A stretch of DNA of 48,904 nt from an uncultured Candidatus Saccharibacteria bacterium (lineage in GTDB: Bacteria; Patescibacteriota; Minisyncoccia; Phycocordibacterales; DAORIS01), in the NCBI GenBank assembly GCA_964442365.1, contig CAYTZA010000001.1, positions 1-48,904 on the forward strand, read 5' to 3'. Below are positions 26,688-36,926 of this stretch, piece after piece. The position numbers were made by a program, and so were the translations under genes. The notes beneath the pieces are model-generated. The model saw only the letters and a list, made by a program, of their open reading frames with translations, had not been told where the DNA came from and searched no databases. Each line of letters starts with the position of its first letter. Within the stretch, counting starts at the first letter, position 1.

Positions 26688-28211
26688 ATGAAAAAAATGA
26701 AGCAACAAACAGTACTTATTGTCCTTGATGGCTGGGGATATCGAGAAGATACTCTTCACAATGCTATTGCTTCAGCCCATACACCTGTATTTAAGAAATT
26801 ATGGTCTCAATATCCGCACACTCTACTTGAAGCTTCTGGTTTGGCTGTTGGTTTGCCAGATGGTCAAATGGGTAATAGTGAGATTGGGCATACTACTATA
26901 GGAGCTGGAAAAGCGATCGATACTGACCTTGTGCGAATTAAAAAAGCTATTGATTCAGGAACTTTCGGAAAGAATCCAGCTTTTGTAGCACTATTTGAGA
27001 ATGTTAAAAAATACGATTCTACTTTACATGTTGTAGGTCTTCTTGGTGATGGTGGAGTTCATGCTCATAGTGAGCATCTATTTGCTTTTATTCGATCAGC
27101 TAAAGATTATGGTATTGAGCGTGTTGCTTTGCATATATTTACTGATGGTCGGGACACACCGCCACAAAGTGCCGGTCAATATCTAGAAGAACTTGAACAA
27201 GTTTTACAGAATATTGGTATAGGTTTTATCGCTACAATATCCGGGCGATTTTATGCTATGGATCGTGATAATAATTGGGATCGGTTAGAAAAAGTTGAGC
27301 AAGCTCTTTTTGAGTGCAAGGGGCATGTATGTCATCTTAAAGAAAATACACCATCAGAAAAAATTAATAAATTATATACGGAAGGTAAACAAGACGAACA
27401 TCTTGAACCTCATGTATTTTTAAATAAAGAAGGCAAAGGATCTTATATTGCAGACAATGATTCTGTGTTCTTTTTTAATTTTCGAGCAGACAGAGCCAGA
27501 ATGCTTTCTCGAAAATTTATGGAAAAAAGAGAAAGTAAAAATATATGTTTTACAACAATGACATCGTACGGGACAGAATTTCCTTGCCTTATTGCTTTTC
27601 CTCAGGTTTCGATAGAAACAACGATTGCAAAAGAAGTATCAGATGCAAATCTTACACAAGCTCATATTGCTGAAACAGAAAAATTTCCTCATGCCACATA
27701 TTTTTTAAATGGAGGTGTTGAAAACCCTTATAAAGGGGAAGAACATGTTTTACTTCCATCAAGAAAAGATGTTGACACTCATGATCTTGCTCCTCGTATG
27801 CGTGCTGAAGCAATCGCCGATGAAGCAATTAAGCGTATTCAAAGTGGAGTTGATTTTATTTTTATAAATTTTGCCAATCCAGACATGGTAGGACATACGG
27901 CTAACGTACCCGCAATAATCGAAGCGGTTGAAGAAGTTGATAAACAACTTGGTCGGGTACTAGATGTTTTACATAAAAAAAGCGGAGTAGCTTTTGTGAC
28001 TGCGGACCATGGCAATGCTGAGACTAATATAGATCTCATAACGGGAGATAAACATACTGCTCATACTTTAAATCAAGTACCGGCCATAGTAACTAAAGGT
28101 GGTATATCTTTGAAACAATGGGGCACACTCGCTGATATTGCTCCAACAGTACTTAGCTTGCTTGATATTCGTGTACCAGATTCTATGACGGGGAAAAGTT
28201 TGATACAATAA
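26688..28211 (+). CDS. gpmI: 2,3-bisphosphoglycerate-independent phosphoglycerate mutase
   Basis: LIVLDGWGY, MGNSEIGHTTIGAG, GGVHAH, HIFTDGRDT, NFANPDMVGHT and TADHGN. Start set at ATG 26688 (MKKMKQQ). Confidence 0.92.
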   Translation: MKKMKQQTVLIVLDGWGYREDTLHNAIASAHTPVFKKLWSQYPHTLLEASGLAVGLPDGQMGNSEIGHTTIGAGKAIDTDLVRIKKAIDSGTFGKNPAFVALFENVKKYDSTLHVVGLLGDGGVHAHSEHLFAFIRSAKDYGIERVALHIFTDGRDTPPQSAGQYLEELEQVLQNIGIGFIATISGRFYAMDRDNNWDRLEKVEQALFECKGHVCHLKENTPSEKINKLYTEGKQDEHLEPHVFLNKEGKGSYIADNDSVFFFNFRADRARMLSRKFMEKRESKNICFTTMTSYGTEFPCLIAFPQVSIETTIAKEVSDANLTQAHIAETEKFPHATYFLNGGVENPYKGEEHVLLPSRKDVDTHDLAPRMRAEAIADEAIKRIQSGVDFIFINFANPDMVGHTANVPAIIEAVEEVDKQLGRVLDVLHKKSGVAFVTADHGNAETNIDLITGDKHTAHTLNQVPAIVTKGGISLKQWGTLADIAPTVLSLLDIRVPDSMTGKSLIQ

Positions 28212-28216
28212 ACAAT

Positions 28217-29248
28217 ATGATATCAGAACGATTTCAACATGTTTATTTCTTTACACTTCTTCTTGGTGTAGGGGTTATTATCTATTTTATATTTCAGCCT
28301 TTTATCACTGCTCTTTTTCTTGCGGCTATGTGTGCCGTGGCATGTGAAGAGATTCATATATGGTTTAAAAAGCGCATGCCAACAAGAAAAAACATGGCAG
28401 CTTTTTTGGCAGTTATCGGAGTATTGATTGTGGTATTTGTGCCACTTAGTATTTTAGGTGTTTTAGTATTTAATGAAGCGCGTGATTTTTATACAACCCT
28501 TGCTGACGCTTCATCTTCTGCGGGCATTATTGATCAAACTCTGTCACGCTTCGAAGAACAGATTCAAGTATACGTCCCTCAGTTTAATATTGATCTTCGT
28601 TTGTATATAGAATCTGGACTACAGTGGATTTTGAATCATGCCACTCAGTTTTTTGCTAGTTTCCTAACAGTTTTACTCAACTTGTTTATTATGGTGATTA
28701 CTCTTTTTTATCTATTTCGTGATGGAAAAGAGTTCAGAAATTATTTGATAAAGCTCAGCCCCTTTGATGAAAAGGATGATGAAGATATTATCAAGCGTAT
28801 AGAACTTACGATAAGTTCTGTTATTAAAGGAACTTTAATTATCGGTATCATACAAGGTGTGTGTACTGCTGCTGGATTTATGCTATTTGGTATCAGTCAA
28901 CCGATCTTGTGGGGTACTGTTGCTGCTGTAGCTTCGCTTATTCCTGGAGTTGGTACAGCTCTTGTAAGTGTGCCAGCAATACTTATACTGTTTGCAAGTG
29001 GTAACATATTTGGTGCTATTGGTTATGCAGTATGGGCAGGATTTTTGATTGGATCTGTAGATAACGTACTTGGTCCAATACTTATGGAACGTCGTATTCA
29101 ATTACATCCTCTTTTGATTCTTATTTCAGTTCTTGGTGGATTAGTATTTTTTGGACCAATTGGTTTTCTTGCTGGGCCTGTAGTGCTTGCTCTTGCTACC
29201 GAACTTATTAAACTCTATCCAAAATTTGTAAACAATCCTCATGCCTAA
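28217..29248 (+). CDS. AI-2E family transporter (PerM/UPF0118-type permease)
   Basis: 343-aa polytopic membrane ORF with the family's C-terminal pattern IPGVGTALV...GP.L....I.LHPL..L.....GG..FG..G....P. Confidence 0.75.
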   Translation: MISERFQHVYFFTLLLGVGVIIYFIFQPFITALFLAAMCAVACEEIHIWFKKRMPTRKNMAAFLAVIGVLIVVFVPLSILGVLVFNEARDFYTTLADASSSAGIIDQTLSRFEEQIQVYVPQFNIDLRLYIESGLQWILNHATQFFASFLTVLLNLFIMVITLFYLFRDGKEFRNYLIKLSPFDEKDDEDIIKRIELTISSVIKGTLIIGIIQGVCTAAGFMLFGISQPILWGTVAAVASLIPGVGTALVSVPAILILFASGNIFGAIGYAVWAGFLIGSVDNVLGPILMERRIQLHPLLILISVLGGLVFFGPIGFLAGPVVLALATELIKLYPKFVNNPHA

Positions 29249-30122
29249 GACTTTAGTTACACATAATTCTCGTTTTCACGCGGATGATGTTTTTGCAGCG
29301 GCGACACTGACTATTCTTTTTCCGGATGCTCGGATCTTACGCTCGCGCGAGCGATCGGTCTTAGATTCAGGAGATATTGTTTTTGACGTTGGAGATGTAT
29401 ATGATCCTACAACACTACGTTTTGACCATCATCAGGAAGGTGGGGCAGGAAAAAGAGATAACAATATACCTTATGCAGCTTTTGGTTTGGTGTGGAAAGA
29501 GTTTGGAGAAAAGATTTGTGGGTCTAAAGATATTGCCGAAGCGATAGACAAGAAAGTTGTGCAGGCGATCGATGCTATGGACAACGGTTTAGATCTTTAT
29601 GATCCACGAATTCCTGGATTGTTTCCCTATACATTTCAAACAATTACGTTTTCTTGTGGTCCAACATGGAAAGAGGATCCGGCAGAAACTGATCAAAACT
29701 TTTTAAAACTTGTAGAATTTGCTCGTATGATACTACAGAGAGAGATTGTACAAGCTCGAGATGGGTTGGAGGCTGTTACTTATGTGGAGAAGGCTTATGA
29801 AGATGCAAGTGATAAACGTATTATTGTTCTCGATGATAATTATCCATGGCAAACATACTTATTGACTAAAATTGAACCTTTGTATGTTTTACGAAAAGAT
29901 ATTCAATCTACAAACTGGAAAGTGGAAGCAGTTCCCGCAAAGACTATGAGTTATGAGCTTCGTAAGGAGATGCCTAAATCATGGGCTGGTAAAAGAGACG
30001 GTGAATTTGTAAAGGTTTCTGGTGTTCCGGATGCCGTTTTCTGTCATAATAATCTTTTCTTGGCTGTGGCTAAAAGTAAGGAGGGGGCTTTGCGCTTGGC
30101 ACAAATTGCTGTAGAGTCATAG
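29241..30122 (+). CDS. MYG1/UPF0160-family metal-dependent hydrolase
   Basis: N-terminal THNSRFHADDVFA and FDHHQ motifs typical of MYG1. Confidence 0.75.
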   Translation: MPKTLVTHNSRFHADDVFAAATLTILFPDARILRSRERSVLDSGDIVFDVGDVYDPTTLRFDHHQEGGAGKRDNNIPYAAFGLVWKEFGEKICGSKDIAEAIDKKVVQAIDAMDNGLDLYDPRIPGLFPYTFQTITFSCGPTWKEDPAETDQNFLKLVEFARMILQREIVQARDGLEAVTYVEKAYEDASDKRIIVLDDNYPWQTYLLTKIEPLYVLRKDIQSTNWKVEAVPAKTMSYELRKEMPKSWAGKRDGEFVKVSGVPDAVFCHNNLFLAVAKSKEGALRLAQIAVES

Positions 30123-30125
30123 ATT

Positions 30126-31097
30126 ATGGCACTTATTGATGAATTAACACTTAGTTTGAAAGCAGGTCGCGGAGGCGATGGTGTGGTTCGCTGGAGACAT
30201 GAAAAGGGTAGAGATCTGGCTGGGGCTTCGGGTGGTAACGGAGGTCGTGGTGGTGATGTGTATATTCACGCTGTTCGTGATATTGGTTTGCTTGCTCGTT
30301 ATCGTCATAAAAAAGACTTTGAAGCAGATAAGGGCGATGATGGTATGCGCGATAGTAAACAAGGTAAAGATGGTAAAGATATCGTTATAGATTTACCAAT
30401 AGGATCTGTTGTTACAAATCTTAAAACAGGCAAACAGTATTCTCTTGAAAAAGATGAAGAAAGAATCTGTGTGCTTACTGGTGGTACTGGCGGTCTCGGC
30501 AATGAACATTTTAAAGCATCGACAAATACTAGTCCAAAAGAATCTACTCCAGGAAAAGATGGTGAAGAAGCAGATTTTTCTATCGAACTTCAACTTTTTG
30601 CTGATGCTGGACTTATTGGTTTTCCAAATGCTGGAAAATCTAGTTTACTAAATGCTCTGTCTCGTGCTCAAGCAAAAGTTGCTAGTTATGAATTTACTAC
30701 ACTTGAACCAAACCTTGGTGATATGGAGGGTTTCATTCTCGCTGATATTCCGGGGTTGATAGAAGGTGCTTCTGAAGGTAAAGGTTTGGGCCACCAATTT
30801 TTACGTCATATAAAAAGAACTAAAGTACTGTTTCATTGTATTTCTCTTGAAAACAGTGATATTACTGATGCTCATCGAACTATTAGAAATGAGCTCTCTT
30901 TGTATAGTAAAGATTTGGCGGAGAAAAGAGAAGTGATTATACTTACTAAGACCGATACAGTAGATGAACAAGATCTTGCCCATAAGATTAAAGCGGCTAA
31001 AGATCTTAATCCAGATGTTTTTACTGTATGTATTATAGATGATAAATCGATTAAAGAACTTAAAGATAATCTTGTTAAACTTTTGAGAACAGCATGA
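30126..31097 (+). CDS. obg: GTPase Obg/CgtA
   Basis: Glycine-rich Obg fold (KAGRGGDGVV..., GGNGGRGGDVY), G1 GFPNAGKSSL, G3 DIPGLIEGAS and TKTD. Confidence 0.92.
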   Translation: MALIDELTLSLKAGRGGDGVVRWRHEKGRDLAGASGGNGGRGGDVYIHAVRDIGLLARYRHKKDFEADKGDDGMRDSKQGKDGKDIVIDLPIGSVVTNLKTGKQYSLEKDEERICVLTGGTGGLGNEHFKASTNTSPKESTPGKDGEEADFSIELQLFADAGLIGFPNAGKSSLLNALSRAQAKVASYEFTTLEPNLGDMEGFILADIPGLIEGASEGKGLGHQFLRHIKRTKVLFHCISLENSDITDAHRTIRNELSLYSKDLAEKREVIILTKTDTVDEQDLAHKIKAAKDLNPDVFTVCIIDDKSIKELKDNLVKLLRTA

Positions 31098-32503
31098 AAA
31101 CATATTTTCCTACTATTGGTCTTGAAATACACGCTGAATTAAAAACCAATACAAAAATGTTTTGTGGTTGTAAAAATGATTCTGAAGAATCTCGCCCCAA
31201 TCACAATGTTTGCCCTGTTTGTATGGGTCACCCGGGTACATTGCCAGTGATTAATAAACAGGCAGTCAAAAATGTTCTCAAAGTGGGCATAGCTCTTGGT
31301 GCAAAATTAGCTGATTTTACAGAATTTGATCGAAAAAATTATTTTTATCCGGATATTCCAAAAGGTTATCAGATTAGTCAGTACAAATATCCTTTGGTAC
31401 AAGGAGGGACTCTTGCCGGGGTAGATATTACTCGTATTCATCTTGAAGAAGATACGGCAAGTTCAGAACATACTGATGGTGGTAGCCTCGTGAATTTTAA
31501 TCGTTCGGGTGTGCCACTTATGGAGCTTGTTACCGAACCAGTTATAAAAAGTGGTGAGCAGGCTTCTGCTTTTGCTCGCGAGCTTCAGCTTACGCTTCAG
31601 TATCTTGGTGTTGCTCATGCGAACATGGAAAAAGGAGAAATGCGAGTAGAAGCAAATATTTCTATTAGTGATGATCCAAAGAAGTTTGGTACTAAAGTAG
31701 AGGTAAAGAATTTGAATTCATTTAGAGCTGTAGAAAAAGCGATTGCTTATGAAATTCAAAGACACACGGCTCTTTTAGAAAGTGGTGGCGTTGTAGTGCA
31801 AGAAACGCGAGGTTTTGATGAAAATAAAGAAACTACTTTTAGTCAGCGAAAAAAAGAAGATTCGCATGATTATAGATATTTTCCCGATCCTGATCTGCCA
31901 AAGATTAATATTTCAGAAATACCAGAATTTTCTATTGAGCTCCTTAAAAAAGAAATACCGGAACTTCCTTCACAAAGACGAGAGCGATATAAGAATACAT
32001 TTGGACTTAAAGATTCTGATGTAGAATTTTTTGTAAATAATTATACTTGGGCGCAGTTTTTTGAAAAAGTTATAGGTGATAATAGAGATGCTGAACTTGT
32101 AAAACTTGCCGTAAACTATGTCGTTTCTGATTTGATGGGTCTTGTAAAAAGTTCTGGAAAAGAAAATACGATAGATAGTTCTAGTTTTAGAAAACTAATT
32201 GAAATGGTAAGTAAAAATATTTTATCTTCTCGTGGAGCAAAAGATACTCTTAAAATAATGTTTGAACAGGGTGGTGATCCACAAGAAATTGCAGAAAAGA
32301 ATGGTCTTATACAGAAAAGCAATGAAGAAGAGCTTATAAAAATTATTGATTCTATAATCACTCAAAATCAAAAAGTAGTAGAAGAATACAAAGCTGGTAA
32401 GCAGGCTTCTTTGCAGTTTTTGATTGGGCAGGGTATGAAATTGACCAAAGGCTCTGCCAATCCACAGATGTTAAAAACACTTTTTGAAAAAAGGCTTGTG
32501 TAG
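31094..32503 (+). CDS. gatB: Asp/Glu-tRNA amidotransferase subunit B
   Basis: IGLEIHAEL.T.TKMFCGC, CPVCMGHPGTLP, YFYPDIPKGYQISQ, HLEEDT and NLNSFRAVEKAI. Confidence 0.93.
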   Translation: MKTYFPTIGLEIHAELKTNTKMFCGCKNDSEESRPNHNVCPVCMGHPGTLPVINKQAVKNVLKVGIALGAKLADFTEFDRKNYFYPDIPKGYQISQYKYPLVQGGTLAGVDITRIHLEEDTASSEHTDGGSLVNFNRSGVPLMELVTEPVIKSGEQASAFARELQLTLQYLGVAHANMEKGEMRVEANISISDDPKKFGTKVEVKNLNSFRAVEKAIAYEIQRHTALLESGGVVVQETRGFDENKETTFSQRKKEDSHDYRYFPDPDLPKINISEIPEFSIELLKKEIPELPSQRRERYKNTFGLKDSDVEFFVNNYTWAQFFEKVIGDNRDAELVKLAVNYVVSDLMGLVKSSGKENTIDSSSFRKLIEMVSKNILSSRGAKDTLKIMFEQGGDPQEIAEKNGLIQKSNEEELIKIIDSIITQNQKVVEEYKAGKQASLQFLIGQGMKLTKGSANPQMLKTLFEKRLV

Positions 32504-32504
32504 T

Positions 32505-32533
32505 TTGTTTTTATAATAAAAATATGGTATAAT
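32505..32533 (+). promoter_or_regulatory. Promoter for RNase P RNA (TTGTTT-17 nt-TATAAT)
   Basis: TTGTTT at 32505-32510 and TATAAT at 32528-32533, immediately upstream of the rnpB 5' end. Confidence 0.55.
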
Positions 32534-32537
32534 ATAT

Positions 32538-32821
32538 AGACGTCGGATAACTGCTGGTTTTACTTCGGTAAGACTAGAGGAAAGTCCGAACACTCCCTTG
32601 GCTTGCCAAGGAGAAGGGTAGCGGGTAACGCCCGCCATGCGAAAGCAAGAGATGCGAACAGAGACGAGTCCATCGTAAGATGGGGTGAAACGGCAAAATT
32701 CTTACCTGAGTGCAAGGCCGTGCTTCGTGAGTAATCATGAAGAGAGCCGCTTGAGGTGCGTAGCAATACACATCCCAGATATATAGTTGTCTAAAACAGA
32801 ATTCGGCTTATAGACGTCGAC
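32538..32821 (+). ncRNA. rnpB: RNase P RNA (bacterial type, compact)
   Basis: Universal motifs GAGGAAAGTCCGAAC (P4 5' strand region), GGGTGAAACGGC, and ACAGAATTCGGCTTATAG near the 3' end. Ends are inferred from the promoter and the downstream hairpin (about +/-10 nt). Confidence 0.88.
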
Positions 32822-32866
32822 ATCCCCGTCAAACAATAAAATGTTAGACGGGGATTGTTCGTTTGG
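32822..32866 (+). terminator. Hairpin/terminator after rnpB
   Basis: 9-bp stem ATCCCCGTC/GACGGGGAT (32822-32830 / 32847-32855), followed by TGTTCGTTTGG (a weak U-tract). Confidence 0.5.
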
Positions 32867-32890
32867 TAAATAGGTTATAATACAGAGCAT

Positions 32891-35242
32891 ATGAACACTG
32901 AACATACAATAGAAACAGCTTCACGTTTTGAAAAAATAGTCGTAGGCGTGTTATACGTATTAATATTTTTATTACCTTTTTTAATATTACCGTCTGAATC
33001 TTTTTTTGGTGTAAGTAAAATTATACTTATTTCTATTTCAATATTTGCATGTGCTATTGGTTTAATATTGCACAGTCTTTTCAAGGGAAAAATTGAAATA
33101 CCTCAATCAAAACTATTAGGATCTTTCGGGGTATTATTTTTGGTTTATCTTATAGCGGGATTTGCTTCATCAAATTACGGAGTATCATTTATTGGTTTCG
33201 TCTCTCACGATACAGTCTTTTTTATTGGTTTAATGACAGTGTTTGTTTATATAGTTTCTAGTGTATTTGTATCGCGTACTCGTTCAGTGTTACTTTTTTG
33301 GTTGATGTTGATTGGAGGTCTAGTGCTTGGTGTTTTAGAACTTTGTAGTCTATTTTTCCCTTCTTTTGTTCCTATTGCAATTTTACGTGATCCAGCAGTT
33401 ACTCTCTTTGGTTCAATGAGTGATACTGCAATTTATTTTGGTCTCATGTTGGTATTAACCTTGGGTGCACTTGAATTTGTAAAATCTAGCGGAATAAGTC
33501 GTTACATACTTTGGTGTTTGTTTGTGATTTCTCTAGTATTTCTTACTATTATCAATGTTCCTTTGGTGTGGTATGTAATAGGCTCCTTTGCTTTGATTGT
33601 TTTTATTTATAGTTTTTCAACTAAAATTTCTTTAAAAGATTCATCTCGTACCCCCGTACTCCCTTTAGTTATTCTTGTTATTGCTGTATTTTCTATTTTA
33701 TTTGCTGGTAAAAATATATATAGTGTTTTGGCGGAAGTACCAGGGCTATCCTGGGTGGCACCACTTAATATCTCTACTATTGAAGCGAGGCCTTCTTTTA
33801 TGACAACTATTGGTATTGGAAAACAAGTTTTTTTAGACAAATATATTTTAGGATATGGTCCAAATCGTTTTCGTGAAGCTTGGAATCGCTACCATCCAGC
33901 TGAAGTAAATTACACTCAATTTTGGGACACTGATTTTTTTGTTGGATTTAGTATTGTTATTAGTTCAATAGTTACTATTGGTATTGTTGGGTTACTTTCG
34001 TGGTTTGCATGTATAGGATTTTTCTTATATACAGGCTACAAAGCTTTGTTTAGACGTATGGAGAACATATCTCATAAATTTTCTCTCGGAGTTTCTTTTT
34101 TGGGTGGATTATATTTATGGATTTTTGTGATCATATACTCTCCAAATACAAGTATTGTTACGCTCGCTTTCTTTTTTACAGGACTTTTTATAGCCGCTTG
34201 TATTCACGAGAAAATTATACCTGTGCGTACTATATCTATCACTGAAGATCCTAGGGTTGCTTTTGCTGGTGTATCAGGTTTGGTTGTGTCTCTAATTATT
34301 GTTATCGTTGTCTCGTATTATGTGGGTGTTACTTTTGCTTCGGTTGTTTATGCTAATTATGCTTCTTATGAATATGAAACAGGTAATATCGCCAGCGCCG
34401 AGGTTTCTATTAATAAAGCGCTTAGTTTAAAAGAGGACGATGGATATTATCGTTTTTATACAATCCTTTCTCTCGCAAAGTTAAACGCACTTTTGGCTGA
34501 AACTTCTGGTAAGAGTGCTCAAAGTGATGTGGAGGGAGTATTACAAAATACATTGCAGATTGCTTCTCGATCTGTAGCTCTCGATGATAAGGATTATTTA
34601 AACTGGATGAATCTTGGTCGTGTATATCAAACAATTACCACTCCAGATAATCCAAACGCTTACGAACAGGCTCTAAAAGCTTATTCTGAAGCTGAAATAC
34701 TTAACCCACAAAATCCATCAATCGTATTAACAAAAGCACAGCTAGAAAGAGCCTACGGTGATATTAAAAAGGCTAAAGAATATATTGCTTCTGCTCTGAC
34801 AAAGAAAAATGATTACACAGACGCTTATTTCTTACTCTCTCAGATTTTGATTGGAGAGGGATCGATTAAGGACGCTATAACTTCAGCTGAAGCTGCTACA
34901 CTAACAGCGCCTCTTAACTACGGTGTCTTTTTCCAGCTTGGATTGCTTCGATATAACAATAAAGATTACGATGGTGCTATAAGAGCATTTGAAAGAGCAG
35001 TAACACTTAACCCTCAGTATGCCAACGCTCAGTATTTTCTAGGACTTTCATATGACAAAGTAAATCGAGATAAAGATGCTATTGCTTTATTTGAGATTTT
35101 ATTAAAAAATAATCCTGACAATAAAGAGGTTGATGGTATTCTTTCAAATTTGAAAGCTGGAAAAGGAGCCTTTCCGTCAGTAACTTCTACTGCTAGTTCT
35201 TCTCCAGAGAAACGTACAACACTACCAATTAAAGATAATTAG
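32891..35242 (+). CDS. Wzy_C-like polytopic membrane protein with a C-terminal TPR domain (divergent paralogue of 16910..19135)
   Basis: Same architecture as 16910..19135, and alignable around ILGYGPNRF...QFWDTDFFVGF versus LFGWGQESF...QWFDRAHNVFLDW. C-terminal TPRs (AIRAFERAVTLNPQYANAQYFLGLSY). Confidence 0.7.
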   Translation: MNTEHTIETASRFEKIVVGVLYVLIFLLPFLILPSESFFGVSKIILISISIFACAIGLILHSLFKGKIEIPQSKLLGSFGVLFLVYLIAGFASSNYGVSFIGFVSHDTVFFIGLMTVFVYIVSSVFVSRTRSVLLFWLMLIGGLVLGVLELCSLFFPSFVPIAILRDPAVTLFGSMSDTAIYFGLMLVLTLGALEFVKSSGISRYILWCLFVISLVFLTIINVPLVWYVIGSFALIVFIYSFSTKISLKDSSRTPVLPLVILVIAVFSILFAGKNIYSVLAEVPGLSWVAPLNISTIEARPSFMTTIGIGKQVFLDKYILGYGPNRFREAWNRYHPAEVNYTQFWDTDFFVGFSIVISSIVTIGIVGLLSWFACIGFFLYTGYKALFRRMENISHKFSLGVSFLGGLYLWIFVIIYSPNTSIVTLAFFFTGLFIAACIHEKIIPVRTISITEDPRVAFAGVSGLVVSLIIVIVVSYYVGVTFASVVYANYASYEYETGNIASAEVSINKALSLKEDDGYYRFYTILSLAKLNALLAETSGKSAQSDVEGVLQNTLQIASRSVALDDKDYLNWMNLGRVYQTITTPDNPNAYEQALKAYSEAEILNPQNPSIVLTKAQLERAYGDIKKAKEYIASALTKKNDYTDAYFLLSQILIGEGSIKDAITSAEAATLTAPLNYGVFFQLGLLRYNNKDYDGAIRAFERAVTLNPQYANAQYFLGLSYDKVNRDKDAIALFEILLKNNPDNKEVDGILSNLKAGKGAFPSVTSTASSSPEKRTTLPIKDN

Positions 35243-35244
35243 GT

Positions 35245-36915
35245 ATGGTAAAAAGAACCTTAGCACTTTTCCATAAAGAAATAAGGGGTGTAAGTCATGC
35301 TGCTTATTTTCTTGCAGGATTCTCTTTGGTATCTCAAATTTTGGCTATTTTCCGTGATCGTTTGTTCGCATCTTTTTTTGGTGCAGATAGAACCTTGGAT
35401 ATGTATTATGCAGCTTTTCGTATACCGGATTTTATTTTTGTTATAGTTTCATCACTTGTATCTATTTCTGTTTTGATTCCTCTTATTCATGAAGCAGAAA
35501 ATCGTGGTACTGCAGAAGTAAAAAGAGTGGTTTCTGTTATATTTACGGCCTTTTTTACGGTTATGTTTGTGATTGCTGTAGGTGTGTTTATTTTTATCCC
35601 TTACGTTATCCCTTTTATATTTCCAGAATTTATTGAAGAGCAAGATACTTTGATAAATATTACACGCCTTCTTTTACTTTCACCTATTTTACTCGGAGTA
35701 TCAAATCTTTTGGCGAGTCTTACGCAAGTTAAACAGCGTTTCGTTCTTTATGGTAGTGCGCCGGTACTATACAATATTGGAATTATTTTTGGTGTTATTG
35801 TTCTATATCCACTTTTTGGTGTTATGGGACTTGCTTTGGGGGTTGTATGCGGGGCTTTTTTGCATGTTTCTGTACAAATACCATATTTATGGAAAGAGGG
35901 AATTTTGCCTGTATTTACAAGAGTTATGGATCGGGCTTTGTTGTTAAAAGTGATGATGTTGTCTTTACCAAGAACTCTTTCTCTTTCGGTAAGTGAAATT
36001 GTTGAATTTATGTTGGTTATTATTGCGGGTACACTATCATTTGGTTCGATTTCGGTATTTACCCTTGCTTGGAATCTTCAGTCAGTACCTTTATCACTCA
36101 TTGGTGTAAGTTATGCTGTTGCTTTATTTCCAATCCTTTCAAAACTTTCTCAAGAAAAAGATAGGGAACTTTTCCTGGAAAAAATAACCCATACACTCAG
36201 ACAGGTTATATTTTTAGGTTTTATTACTGTCGCAGTATTTATTGTGGTGCGTGCCCAAATTGTACGTACTGTGTATGGAGCGGGTTTATTTGATTGGGAA
36301 GATACTCGTTTAACAGCAGCCGCTTTGGCATTGTTTACATTATCTTTAGTTCCTCAATGTGCCATACTTATTGTTACCAGAGCGTATTACGCTCTTCGTG
36401 ATACAAAATCGCCTTTTATTATAAATATCATATCGGGTGTGTGTACGATTATTGGAGTGTATGGTTTGTTGTGGTATTTTAGTGAAAATCCAGCTTTTTC
36501 AAATTTTGTAAGTATGTTGTTGCGTGTAGAAGATATACCTCAACATACAAAAGTGCTTATGTTACCTCTCGCTTTTTCTATTGGATCATGGGTAAATATT
36601 TCTATTCTTGCTTTTTATTTTAACAAAAAGATTCCTGGGTTTATTAGATCTCTAAGGGGAGTTTTTGTGATCCATGTCGGGTCAGCTTTGGCGGTAGGAA
36701 TTATTGCTTATACACTACTAAATGTATTTGTATCCATGTTTAATACTGGACGTCTTCTTGGAATTTTTGGCCAAGGATTTTTAGCTGGGGGATTATCTTT
36801 GGCGATTGTGATGATAATTCTTTATGTTTTCGATAATCGTGAAGTTCATGAGCTTGTTGAAAGTATCACTAAATCAAAACGTAAGCCTATTGCAGTGCCC
36901 GATACAAGCATGTAG
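35245..36915 (+). CDS. murJ: Lipid II flippase MurJ (MviN)
   Basis: 556-aa polytopic ORF. N-terminal SQILAIFRDRLFASFFGA matches the MurJ signature (R-D-..-A..FG). Confidence 0.85.
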   Translation: MVKRTLALFHKEIRGVSHAAYFLAGFSLVSQILAIFRDRLFASFFGADRTLDMYYAAFRIPDFIFVIVSSLVSISVLIPLIHEAENRGTAEVKRVVSVIFTAFFTVMFVIAVGVFIFIPYVIPFIFPEFIEEQDTLINITRLLLLSPILLGVSNLLASLTQVKQRFVLYGSAPVLYNIGIIFGVIVLYPLFGVMGLALGVVCGAFLHVSVQIPYLWKEGILPVFTRVMDRALLLKVMMLSLPRTLSLSVSEIVEFMLVIIAGTLSFGSISVFTLAWNLQSVPLSLIGVSYAVALFPILSKLSQEKDRELFLEKITHTLRQVIFLGFITVAVFIVVRAQIVRTVYGAGLFDWEDTRLTAAALALFTLSLVPQCAILIVTRAYYALRDTKSPFIINIISGVCTIIGVYGLLWYFSENPAFSNFVSMLLRVEDIPQHTKVLMLPLAFSIGSWVNISILAFYFNKKIPGFIRSLRGVFVIHVGSALAVGIIAYTLLNVFVSMFNTGRLLGIFGQGFLAGGLSLAIVMIILYVFDNREVHELVESITKSKRKPIAVPDTSM

Positions 36916-36926
36916 TATATCGCTCT

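Noticed and set aside
26598-26759. The N-terminal 54-aa extension of the 26193..26759 ORF, and the upstream extensions of 513..740, 917..1486, 4062.., 8050.. and 26556...
   Set aside because: The extensions read through the SD or the preceding gene's end and have no conserved sequence. Internal ATGs with proper context, or with conserved N-termini, were preferred.
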